From the NCBI RefSeq assembly GCF_004010195.1, contig NC_057719.1, positions 31,384,370-31,448,369 of the forward strand: a DNA stretch of 64,000 nt, in the 5' to 3' direction. A model generated the notes under the pieces. The model made no database searches, had not been told where the DNA came from, and worked only from the letters and a program-made list of their open reading frames with translations. Shown here piece after piece: positions 37,756 to 50,190 of the stretch. The position numbers and the translations under genes are program-made. Source of the DNA: Chiloscyllium plagiosum (taxonomy: Eukaryota). Position 1 is the first letter of the stretch. The number at the start of each line of letters is the position of its first letter.

Positions 37756-39684
37756 ATGACTTTTCTTCTGACTCAGTTTCATTTTCTGCCTTATTATCAT
37801 ATACCTTCCATGCTGTTTGAAAATCTATCAGTTTCATTACTGATAAATTGAGAGAGAATATAAGGAACCTAGTCAAGGGTGGGATACAAAAAATGAAGAC
37901 TTAGGAATGGCAAACACATCAAAAAAATTCATGCAAGGTATTAATGAAGAATTAGGGGAACTGTTGCAAATTGTCTCTTCAAATTCAGAGGATGGTGGAA
38001 GTACCGTAAGTGGATAAGTTTATTATTTAAAACATCTCCACAGCTATCCCCTGGTTCTTTGGCTAGTTATCTTAAATCTCTATTCTCTTGTTACTGATTC
38101 CTTTCCTCTCAAAGTTGGAAATATTTTCCTCTCTTTTGTTATCCAAAATTCTCAAATTTTAAAAAACTATTAAATGTCCCCTTGACTTTGTATTCTAAGG
38201 AAAATAACTCCCTCTTCTCATAGAATCCCTACAGTGTGGAAACAGGCCATTCGGCCCAACCACACAGCATCCCACCAGACCTGGGTTCAAATCCTGCCAT
38301 GTTATATTGTGGAATTTTAAATCAATAAAAATCTGGGATTTTAAAAATTCTAGAATAGTCTAATGATGAACATGAATCCTTTGTAAGGGGAAAAAAGTCT
38401 AATTCATTCGTCTACTTTATGGATGAAACTATCATCATTACCTGGTTTGGCCGACAGCAGTGTTGTTGACTCTTAACTGCCCTCTGGGCAATAACTGCTG
38501 GCCGAGACAGTGATGTCTTCATTCAGAGAATACAAAACGTTAAGTACAGGGCTACTTTGAAACTCCACTAATAAATATGTCTTAATCATCTGCTGAAGTT
38601 GATCCTATGCTATTGTACAAAAACAGTTTGTAGAGGACAAGGAAACAGTTGATAGTTATAGCAGTTTGATTTGCTGTTAAATTGGAAGAATTTACGTTCT
38701 CCCAAAAAATTATGTATGAATATAAAGTTTGTATAGATGATGGTAATAGGATAATTTCATATGAACCTTTCTTGTCTGGCAGCAAATAATTTATGAAAAT
38801 TCTTTATGTATATTTTACCTAATCTCTAAAGCCAGTTTGAGATGATTATTTTACCTGATTGTAAAAATAAGCAAATGAAATAGTGCATTTTCATCACTTA
38901 CAAAACCAGGGGAAAAGAAAGTCCGATTGGTTTATTGAGGTGCATCGTTCCACTTTCCTGTGCTAATAGCTTTAATTTTTATGAACCATGTGGTGACATT
39001 TTCTATTTCTTATGTGGATGGGTTGGGCTGGGCAAATACTGTTTCACTGCTGACTGTTAAACAGCCTAGGATTTGTTTTTTGATATTCTGTTGGTTGCTT
39101 TTATAAAATCTGATGTCACATACGGTTGTCACAATTTTTTTTAATGTGTTGCAAAATCTGACTGCTTTCCTTCATTTCTTGCTGGTTTTATTTTTTAACA
39201 AAACAATTCACAGAACTATCATAGCAACATTTTTCTATTTTTAACCTAAATTGTTGGATCTGGTGTACGTTCTGGGCAGGAAAAAGCGATGGAGAGAATT
39301 GAACTCGAGTTTTAATTTTGCACAGAATTAATATACATTTTAAATGAGTCGAGTTCTTTCTTTAATTGGTCAGTAAGTTCTAATTTAAATCGAACACGTT
39401 TTTTCATTCTGGGCAAGAAAATAACCGAACAACAATCAAGCAAGGGGATTTTGTTAATTGTGTGAAACAATTAACCATGAAATATTACAGATCTGAAACA
39501 ATTACATAAGTATGCTTTATGGTTAACTCTCAGCTGGAGTTTGAGGGGAGAGAGGCATTTCAACTTAAAGTAGATTTAAAGGTTTGAAGAACTCCCTTTT
39601 TTTTCTCAATATCAATTTCCACAGTAATATCTGATTAGTTATTGATATATTCGGAAACTACTCGTGTCAGCTTGCGTATCTTAC

Positions 39685-39907
39685 CTCTTGGCACAACCAC
39701 CTGATGCCCACGGCCGATGTTTTGCCAGTACCCGAGGAGATTGTCCTCTTCTTGCTCGATTTCATGTTCGTTGTTTTCATCATTGCCGTTGTCACTACTT
39801 GCCAAGTCCAAGTTCTCGTCTTCCGTCACTGAGTTTAGATCTTCCAAACTGAGCAGAAACCGTCCCGCCCCATCACTACTTCCAAACCTGCATCCCTGAC
39901 GCTCCAT
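39685..39907 (-). CDS. soul4: Nested SOUL/heme-binding family gene, coding exon 1 (acidic N-terminal extension)
   Basis: ATG at 39907; MERQGCRFGSSDGAGRFLLSLEDLNSVTEDENLDLASSDNGNDENNEHEIEQEEDNLLGYWQNIGRGHQVVVPR-G|gtaaga donor. The choice of start codon is inferred, as an in-frame upstream ATG exists at 40030. The symbol rests on recalled resemblance to fish soul4. Confidence 0.8.
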
Positions 39908-39919
39908 CTGTGCAATCCT

Positions 39920-40420
39920 GTACCTTTTTGGATAGAAAAAAGTGATCGAGCAGACTTGATAGCGTTTGGGTGCTAAGTGATTTTTTAAAAAAATGTCTAT
40001 CAACGTTGAAACGCGTGGATATTTGTACATTACAGATTAAATCTTGGCGTGTTTCGATTGCTTACCCTAATTGACACGTACACGCGCGGGTTGTGATCCA
40101 AGTGAGGATTTTTGTTGTGGACTCATTTACCCCCGAAGTGGTGCGCACTCCCAGCTGTTTTTGTCATGAGGCCGAGCTTGCAGAGGCGAATCGCTTCAAA
40201 GAACAGGAGGGATTAAAATCAGTGTCGTTAGGGTGGGAGGGAGCCAAATATGCGAGATGAAAGCAGGTTCGCGAGAGCATCCGGACAGACAGCAAAACAG
40301 TGTAAAGGACGACAAAGATCAGTGCTTCACAAATTAAATCAATTTGGTCCTCCTTGCCCGTTCATGTGGTGCGGTGGGCGGGGAAATTGTCAACTGTTGA
40401 CGATGTCGGGCTTTTAGCTT
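39920..40420 (-). promoter_or_regulatory. CpG-enriched putative promoter/5'UTR of the nested SOUL gene
   Basis: Local CpG enrichment (cacgcgcggg, gcgaatcgc, ggcggtgggcgggg) in otherwise CpG-poor intron DNA, directly upstream of the nested gene's first coding exon. Confidence 0.55.
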
Positions 40421-41118
40421 ACCCATAAGATTGATGGATTTATATTCATGAGCGAAACTCGTCATTACTATCTTTATCTTGTTTTACTGTCTAACGTTTA
40501 GCATGGGATCGTGTATCTAATTTACATTTCCTCTACTACCTACCTCTTAAGAAATCCTTGCTTGAGTTCTTTCAAACCCAATGAGTTTAATTTCTTCTAT
40601 ATTTCGTTATATGTCAATTAGTAATACGAATCTAAGGCAATATTTGTTTTTTGGTTTGTTACAACCCGCCATAGCTTGAACATTCTTACATTATGCCTAT
40701 AACACCAGCCCTTACGCCTTTTAACATAAGGCAAATCCTATGTCTGTTTGAAAGTATAATCAGCTAAAGATTGCCACCAAATCAAAGAAAGAGAGCCACA
40801 GCTGATTTGGTAGTTAGGGTCCAAAAGGTTATTGAGATTTTTAACAATTTGCTTCAACTAACATATTGCCTACGAATGAGATTTTCAGTGACAAGGGAAT
40901 GGAGATTGTAGTAAGGATTAAATTGATGGTTTTAGCCAAATGAGATTAGTAGGGAGGACTGGGGGTATTTGGCAGATGCAATTGAATGGAACACTTCAAT
41001 GTTGGTGAACAAGTTCTCCATTTACTATTTGGATATCAGGTTGGTGGGGTATGGGGAGGTTTAAAAAAGGTTAATGGCTGAGTAAAGGAGCTGGTGATCA
41101 TCCTTACTCCAGAATCAT

Positions 41119-41208
41119 TCCTGAAGAAGGGCTTATGCCCGAAACGTCGATTCTCCTGCTCCTTGGATGCTGCCTGACCTGCGCTTTCCCAGCAACATAT
41201 TTTTCAGC
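41119..41208 (+). mobile_element. 90-bp Penelope-derived insertion with a minimal hammerhead-like motif
   Basis: CTGAAGA-A-GGGC-ttat-GCCC-GAAAC-GTC; flanked by a perfect 18-bp TSD TCCTTACTCCAGAATCAT (41101-41118 and 41209-41226). Confidence 0.75.
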
Positions 41209-43467
41209 TCCTTACTCCAGAATCATCCTTTTAATTGCAGTGATCAGTTTTGCAAGCAGATACCAGACCCTACTAAGGAGCTCATGGCATAGGGGATATG
41301 CCACTGACCAAAATGCTTTGGGGAACTTGGGTTCAAATGCCACCACAGCAGCTGATGAAATTTAAAATCAATTAGTTTAAAAAAAATATGGACAACAGAC
41401 CTAGTCACCGTAATGACCACCACGTCACTATAATTGAGTCTTGGAAAATTCATCAGATTCGCTAATGTTCTTTAGGGAAGGAAATCTGCTATCCTGTTTT
41501 ACATGTGACTCAAGATAATCAGCAATGTGGTTGACTATTAATTGATGTCTCAAATGGCCTAGTAAGCTACTCCATTAAAAGGCAATTATGGATGGGCAAT
41601 AAATGCTGATCTTGCAAGGGACACCCAAATGCAAGAATAAAGATAATAAACATTCCTAGAATTAAGTTTATTTTTAAAAGGTGCTGCTGGAATAAGAAAA
41701 TGTGCTGAGATTGGACCTGGCAGGTCTCTCTGCTACAGTAATTTGAGAGGGGAATATGCTTTATGTAATTGGATAAAGTGCCTACTCGTAGTTTTAGTTC
41801 AGTCTATGTTGAAAATAAAAATTCTCGGCATGGCATAGATTGCTTGTTAGACTTTGCTTTGAGGTTGTTGGTGATAGAATCAATAGAATTGATTCTTCTA
41901 CAATAAGTGTATAGTCCATGTCATTTGGGATTGGAGGATTATTTTAAACTACTCCAGATCCACGTTTTCCTTTCATCCTCTATCCAGCTGCTAACTGCTT
42001 CATATGTAGGGCAGCACAATGGATTAAACTAACCTGTGATGAAAGATTTGCTTCCAGCTTTGTGGCATATATAGCCTTGGCTATGGAAGTGTGTGACAAA
42101 TTATCAATGGGAATGTTAAGGGCCTTCATAGCAATTAATACTTTCTTAGTGATTTAAATAGTAGGGAAATCCTTTTCCATCTTTTCTGGTTCAGTTCACC
42201 ATATTAAAAAAAACTGGTGGTTTATTTATATTGTAGAAAATGAAATATACAGCTATCAATTTGGAGGATTAATTCATAATGCTGTTCCAAAATTTAGTCT
42301 TGCTTCCTAGGATTAAATATTTTGAAAATTGGTGATGTTGCTGTATGTATGTCATCGTGAGCTTTGCAATTAAGGACATAACTGTGGAAAAGGCTAGACA
42401 AAGAATAGGTAAGTAATTGTTCACAATTTATAATTATAATTAAATTGCTGATAATACGACTGTACTGAGCTTTCACTGACACAAGTGAATTATCTGTTTC
42501 TTTTCCAACTACATTCACTATTTTAGGCATTTAATTCCAGGTTTACATGAAGTTAAATAAGTAAAATAAAACACCACTGTTAATTCTGTGTCCCAGCAAA
42601 TATTAGTATGTACTACAGGTTACTTGGGAGTCAGTGGCTCAAGCATGGATCATTGAGTTTGCAGTAATTTTGACTCCAAACTCCCATCATGGGTGTCATC
42701 TTGACCCTTGTTTTACACTTCCCAAGAAATAAAGACAGTTACTGTGTTGTCATTACGCAAATGATAATTTGACATAACAAAGACCCAGTTTTCTGCCTGT
42801 TGGTATAGTGAATATTCCAGTACAAAATACAGAACTGCTTTGTTGCTGTATACCACACTCCTGGGGGGTAGCCTGAATAATAAGAATCTCAATTGATTCA
42901 CTTCATTGTCTGAAAGATGGGACCTCCAAATCACTCAATACTGTAGAGAATACCAACCTAGACCTTGTGCCTAAGACTATAGAATGAGGTCTCTCAAGTA
43001 TTAGAACTGAAGGTAGTAATTTCATGTTTATTATGTACGTAATTTGTCACTTTACTTTAGTGAAGCCTAGTACCAATGGTTTAAGCATGACTGCATAGTT
43101 GTGAAACGAACAAAAACACAAATTGCTGGTGAAACTCATCAGGTTGGGTAGCACCTGTGGAAACAACAGAGTTTTGAGTCCAGTAATCCTTCTTCAGAAC
43201 CATGTTGTTCTTCCTGTTTTTGCTTGTTTCAGATCTCGAGCATATGCAATTCTTTGCATTGTTATTTGCATAGTCATGGTTGTTGTTAGAGGCCAATTTA
43301 TCTCAGTCCTGGTACATCACCTGCTGGAGTTCTTAAGGGCAGTGTCCTTGACCCAACTCTCTTCAGTTGCTTCATCAGAAAGTTGGGATGTCTGTTGCTG
43401 ATTATGAAATGTTCAGAACTAGGTGGTGGTGTAGTAGTAACGTCACTGGACTATTTGACTAGAAGAC

Positions 43468-43748
43468 CGTGAGGTCTGCAGATGCTGGAGATCAGAGTTG
43501 AGTGTGTGTTGCTGGAAGGTTTTTGAGGTATGTGGAGATGAGTTCGGTGGAACAGGAGCAGGCTGAGACGATAGTTCGGCCGGGGTAGTCAGGCTTGTGG
43601 ATCTTGAGTCGGAGGTAGATTTGGATGATGTGGGGTTCCTGAGCTATGAGGTTGGCAGCTGTGGGTGGGGTCTGGCCCGAAACGTAGATTCTCCTCCTCG
43701 GATGCTGCATGACCTGCTGTGCTTTTCCAGCTGCACACTCTCAACACA
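43468..43748 (-). mobile_element. Internally deleted Penelope-like element with inverted ends
   Basis: Palindromic terminal motifs enclose an RT fragment, YLRLKIHKPDYPGRTIVSACSCSTELISTYL. Confidence 0.7.
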
Positions 43749-44834
43749 TGTTTGACCAGAAACCTAGGCTAATGTTCTGGAGACTTGGGTTTGAAACTCT
43801 CCGGCAGATGGTGAAATTATATCCAATGAAATGCTCACATAATGGTAACCATGTAATCGCTGTCTTAATTTATCTAGTTCAATAATGTCCCGTAGAGAAT
43901 GAAATGATGAAATATATACTTTTATCTGGTCTGGCCTACTTGTGACCACAGCAATGACAACAAGGATGGGCATCGTTGTCCACATACCAGGAATGGGTTG
44001 AAAGAAAATATTTGCTCTAATTCAGATACTGAAGCAATCCGAATCCATTTGCAGTAAGACCTGACCAATGTCCATTTGGACTGCATACGTGTCTGGGAGT
44101 GACCACTTCCTTAACATCAATTAGCATTACCATGCTGAATCCTGTACAATTATTATCCTGGCAGATACCTTTGACCAGAAACTCAACTGGGCTAACCATA
44201 TAAATACTGTGGCTATGAGAATATGTTAGAGGTAGAAATTTTGTGGAGAGTAATTCACCTCTTCTGTGTCCAGAATCTAACAAACTCAATATACTTCCAA
44301 AGTATGGCACTGTCTTTTTAAACTGTGTTAAATAGCTGTAAAATTCTGATCAGAAATCTTGAAAGCAGTTTCATAAAATGCAGTTCAAACATTTATGCAA
44401 TTCATGAACATGAAATGTGCATTTGCAAATGAGCGTTTCAGTTAGACTAAGAAAGGATTTCCTACATTTTTTTTCCTTAAAGCTTATAATAGTTTATGAC
44501 GAAGTAGGAACAAATGTGTTATCTAGAAAATCTGCACACATGGGAGCAAATGAAAGGGATTTACGTCTGGTAGTAGAACATCATAGTAATCGCTTACGGG
44601 ATTATCTAAATTTAAGTGCTATTGAAAGACCTGTAATTTAGTTCTCAGACTGCATTATCCATTACTGCTGTCCTTTGGAGCTTAGTATTGCAGCTATGTT
44701 GAATTAATGTTTTGAAGAAAAGCTGAGAGTAAAAACTGGCAGTCGAAGCTGTTGGATTGTTGCATAGGTTTAACTAATCAATTATATTTTTACGAAATGA
44801 ATCCTGCTATCTATATTCAGTCTTGAAAATAAAC

Positions 44835-45030
44835 TACAAATGCTGGAACCCAAAGTAGACAAGCAGGAGGCTGGAAGAACACAGCAAGCCAGGCAGCATC
44901 AGGAGGTGGAGAAGTTGACGTTTTGGGTGGAACCCTTCTTCAGTCCTGAAGAGTTATACCCAAAACATCGACTTCTCCACTTCCTGATGCTGCTTGGCTT
45001 GCCATGTTCTTCCAGCCTCCTGCTTGTCAT
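44835..45030. mobile_element. Penelope-derived palindromic miniature element (second subfamily)
   Basis: gacaagcaggaggctggaagaacacagcaagcc...ggcttgccatgttcttccagcctcctgcttgtc inverted repeat. Confidence 0.7.
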
Positions 45031-45877
45031 TATTCAGTCTGGCCTTCATGATTCCAGTCCAACATTGTAGTTGATTTGTAATTGCTGCCTTAAATAGTTT
45101 AATAAACCATTCCGTTTAAAGAGGCGTACCATAATTATCTTCTCAAAGCAACTGGAGATGTACGATTAATGTTGGCCTCAGTCATGATGCTCTACCAGGG
45201 AATGAATTTTTCAAGTCAAATTTAAGGCAGTTATAGTACAAATAAAATTGGAATTGTGACTTGTGTGTGATGTAGAAGGTGGTTCAGTACAGGTTCCTGC
45301 TTGGAATGTAAAAGAATATCATGAAGACTTGTGCCTGCTTCTTGATTGTTTTGATTCAACATTCAGCTGAAAATATGATGTAGTGATTTTTATGTATTTT
45401 CCCCCGGTAATTGCTATTTGCTATGTCTTTCAATATTTCACTGCAATGAAGGTGATACTCTGTTAATAAAAGTTTCCAAATGTAAGGTGATCATCTATCA
45501 CATTCCAGTTCCATGCTCTGGTCATCAAGTGAACTTCAGGTGCACATCAGTACTCTTTCTAATTGCAACTTGTCATGTTCTGACCTGATTATTTCTCTTA
45601 AATGTAAAATTTACTCTCTTCCCTGATCAATTGCTTTACACAGTAGCACTCTGCTATTCTGTTCCAGGGTTCAGCTTATTCTTTCACCTTGTGTGATCAC
45701 CATGCTCTCTGGTAGTACTCCCATCTGCTGTCATCAATGGAACTGCTGCTTGTTTACCATTCCATTTTCAGATAACCTTTGTCCTTTGCAAGTTCTGGTC
45801 CTGGACTGCCCTTTTGTCCCCTGCTTGAAACAAAATTTAAAATTGATTTCTAATTGTACATAATATTTTTCTGGAGT

Positions 45878-46205
45878 TTACATTACATTACATTGCTTAC
45901 AGTGTGGAAACAGGCGCTTTGGCCCAACAAGTCCACACCGACCCGCCGAAGCGCAACCCACCCAGACCCATTCCCCTACATTTACCCCTTCACCTAACAC
46001 TACGGACAATTTAGCATGGCCAATTCACCTAACCTGCACATTTTGTTTTTGGATTGTGGGAGGAAACCGGAGCACCCGGAGGAAACCACAAAGACACGGG
46101 GAGAACGTGCAAACTCTACACAGAGAGTCACCTGAGGCGGGAATCGAACCCGGGTCTCTGGCGCTGTGAGGCAGCAGTGTTAACCACTGTGCCACCGTGC
46201 TGCCC
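45878..46205 (-). mobile_element. Full-length HE1-type tRNA SINE
   Basis: Minus strand starts ggcagcacggtggcacagtggttaacactgctgcctcacagcgccagagacccgggttcgattcc; CR1-like 3' end and (aatgt)n tail. Confidence 0.88.
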
Positions 46206-46589
46206 ACTTAGTGGGACCAAACTTGAAATTTTAATCTGTATTATAAGCATTAAGGAAAGAATGTGAGAAATTATTTTAGTCTGAATGAAATGCTCGTTAT
46301 TTGAAAATAATGCACTGTTCACACGTAGAACAATGTACTAAATCTTGGGTAGAAGTAGGAAAGAGGTTCTGCTGAGAGATTGAGCAGCTCGGTGCTATAT
46401 CAAAAAGCACAAACACAAAGGTAATATTGTCCAGTTTACTGTCTGAGCCATGTGCAGATTGCTGTAAGCTGAATAGGTTAGAGAGGTAAATGTGTGGCTC
46501 AAAGATTTGTGTAGAGAACTAGAGAGCCAATCATGGGACACTGGCACTACTGGGCACTATTCAGAGCTCTGTTAGTATGGCTTTCATTT

Positions 46590-49500
46590 GAAATATATCA
46601 AATATCCTGGCAAATTATATAACGAGGGTTGTAGACAGGAGTGCAGGGTAGTGAGGGGATGAGTGATTGCATGTGTTGGGACAGAAAATATAGTGGAGTG
46701 TCGCAGAATTTAGAATTGAATAAGTAATTAGAAGTCAAAGTTTAAGGCTCTTTATCTGATTGCATTTGTAACAAGATTGATGAGTCGATGGCAAAAATAG
46801 AGATAAATAAATACGGCTATTACAGAGACATGGCTGAAGGGTGACCTGGTCTGGAAATTGAATGTTCAAGAATATTTGACGTTCTGGAACAGTGGGCCAA
46901 AAGGAAAGGATAGTGGGGTGTGTTGTTAATAAAGGAACATATCAGTACAGTGGTGAGTATGATATGGGTGCAATAGATAATGATGTGGAAATAAGCTATA
47001 GTAAGGGAAGGATGTCATGGGTGGGAACTGAAGACTAGCCATACTGTAGGGCAGTGGAATAATGGAGGCATGTAAGCGCTCTTGAATTTTCATGGGTGAC
47101 TTTAATCTGGGTATTGACTGGACAAATCAGATTTGCAAGGGTAACATGGCAAAGGAATTTGTAGAATGCATCAGGGATTGTTTCGTAGAACAGTTTATGC
47201 ACAACATAACCAGGAACAGGCTACTTTAGATCTAACAATATGTAATGAATGGGATTGATAAGAGATCTCATAGTTAAGGATCCTCAAGGGGGTAATAATC
47301 ACAACACAATAAAATTTTAAATCCCATTTGAGGGACAGTACAAAAATTCAGGAACTATTGCTGGAGAACAATTGCCAGGGCAACTAATGGGACTAAAAGC
47401 TGACCTGATGGGTTGCATCTTAAGTTATTAAAGGAAGATGTAACAGAGATAGCAGATGCACTTTTATAATAAAACTTTCAAGTTTTCTTAGATTCTCGAA
47501 CGGTCCCGGAGGTTTGGAAACTGTAATGTTCTTACTCAAAAAAGGGAAGTGACAAAGAAACTGATAAGTTTGGCTAATTGACTTTAAAAAAGTCATTAGG
47601 AAAATGTTAGTGTGTTATGAAGGAGGTATTGGCAGAATATTTAGAAATACGTAATGTGGTGATAGTGTCAGCAAGGCTTTGTGTGTAAATTACTACAAGA
47701 TACCTTTAATTCGGATACTTATTAGGAAATCTCAGACAATTAAACACCTGAAACAATTATCTAAACTTTATTGCATACAGTGACCAAAATAAGACGACTC
47801 AAGTAAGCAAGTTAAGAGTCTCAATCCAAGTTGGCTATTACTGATCAATGGTGGAATTTAGCTACAATTCCAACCAATAGCGTCTGTCTCTGGATGTCCA
47901 GGGCTTGGTGCAGTATTGCTTTCTGGAGTTCTGCTCCCAAGGAATCCTGGAGTTGAATTCGAGAGTCATAGAGATGTGCAACACGGAAACAGACCCTAAG
48001 GTCCAATTCGTCCATGCCACCCAGATATCCATTTGCTAGCGCCTGGCCCATATCTCTCTCAACACTTCCTATTCATATACCAATCCAGATGTGTTTTAAA
48101 TGTTCTAATTGTACCAGCCTCCTCCACACTGGCAGCTCATTCCATACATGCACCATCCTCTGCGTGAAAAATTTGCCCCTTCGGTCCCTTTTAAATCTTT
48201 CCTTTCTCACCCTAGACCTATGTCCTCTAGTTCTGGACTGCCCCAGCCCAGTGAAAAGACCTTGTCTATTTTTCCTATCCATACCCCTCATGATTTGTAA
48301 GCCTCTATAAGGTCACTCATTAGCCTCTGACGCTCCAGGGAAAACAGCCTCAGCCTATTCAGCCTCTCCCTACAGCTCAAACCTCCAACCCTGGCAACAT
48401 CCTTGTAAATCTTTTCTGAATCCTTTCAAATTCCATAACATCTTTCCGAAAGGAAGGAGACCAGAATTGTATGTAATATTCCAACAGTGGCCTAACCAAT
48501 GTCCTGTGAAGCTGCAACATGACCTCCCAACTCCCATACTCAATGCTCTGACCAATAAAGGAAAGCATACCAAACGTCGTCTTCACTATCCTAGCTATCT
48601 GACACACCACTTTCAAGGAACTATGAACCTGCACACCAAGATCTCTTTGTTCAGCAACACTCCCCAGGACCTTACCATTTAAGCGTACAGATTCTTATAC
48701 AGTTTTGCATCCTTCAAGTTTGTTTGCGACATTATTGATGATCCTTTAGATTCTTTCATCCAAAATGTTTACCTACTCCTCCGGAACTATAAAGCCTGCA
48801 GCTCGCATTCTTAGCAGAAGAAGCTTTATTGTTCCTTGTGACATTTGGCATTGACTGTCTGTTTTGAAGACTCCACTTTCCTGCAGGCAACTTCAGAAAT
48901 TCTTATGCAGGGCAATCATTTGTCCTTGTGGCCTAAGGCAGCATTTATCAAGCAGTTGTTTTAAACAGTTTTATTTGTGTACCTTTGACGACTCCTCACA
49001 GCTAAGGTTAATTTCTTTCAATCCCTGCAAAACCATTTGTACTTGTCCCTTAATAGTTTATTCTGGACAGTTATTGCTGCTTCTTTCAATCTATGAAAAA
49101 TTATTAAGCATCTGAAGTTTACGCTATCACAGTTTCATGAAGGGAAAAGTGTGCTTGACAAACGCATTAAACTTTGAGGAGGTAACAAACAGAATAGGTA
49201 AAGAAGAACCCTTTAGAATTTCAAAAGGTGTTCAATCCGAAATCATGCATTAGACTTAATAGTGGGTTTAGGGCTGATATATTCGAGAGGAGAGAAGATT
49301 GACTGACTAACAGAAGGCAGAGAGTTGGGATAGGGGAGTCATTTCAGTTTGCAACCCATAACTCGTGGGCTGCCACAGTGATCAGTGCAGGGCTAGTGTT
49401 TCAGGTCATGTATTTTTTTTATTTGCACATCTGAAAACAAACAAGACCTCAAAACCAAAGGTCTTTTCAAAAGCAAACCCAAACGAACCTTTGCACAGTT

Positions 49501-50190
49501 CAGGCACTTTGATTTTAAAAAAAACTTCGCTCGGCCAGAATAAACCTAAATGTTTTGCTTCCAAAGATCCCAAACTCTGCCTGTCTACAGGTGTGTTCAG
49601 GCCCTTTAGGGGGAAAAGTACTTCACTTTTAGGTCCATGTGGGCCATGCAGAATCTTTTCTAAATGGTCCGGATGGATCTATAGGGTAAGTGTATTTGAA
49701 GTCCGAAAATTTCCTTTGTCTGAAAGATAATTGATCCTAAGGATAAAATTGGTCCCTTTATCCTGTTCAGACATTCCTTTCCTGTATTTAAAATGTGTAT
49801 TAAGGACTTGTAAGTGAGCATATATCTTCACGTTTGTGCACAGCGCAAAAATATTGAGAAGGCAAGTGGTGAGGCTGACATTAGTCTTTAGAGGGATTTA
49901 GACAGGTTAACTTGGCAGAAGGAATACAATGCACTTTGATAGGAAGGACAGAGAGGCAGAATATTATTTAAATGGTTAAAAACGACTGCAGAGTGTTACA
50001 TTACAGAGCGACGTGGGGGGTCTTCAAACATGAATCACAAAAAGCTAGCATACAGGTTCAGCAGGTAATACAGGAGGCAAATAGGATGTCGATCTTTATT
50101 TTGAAGGAGTTGGGTATAAAAACAGGAAGGTTGTCTAAAGTAGTCAAACCAAGATGGTCTGAATGGCCTACTTTCACTCCTATGTCTTGT
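46590..50190 (+). mobile_element. Old CR1 LINE remnants with a nested opposite-strand CR1 at ~47965-48680
   Basis: Endonuclease-like pieces (ITETW, GDFN) and RT-like pieces; nested minus copy gives QLHRTLVRPLLEYYIQFWSP. Confidence 0.65.
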
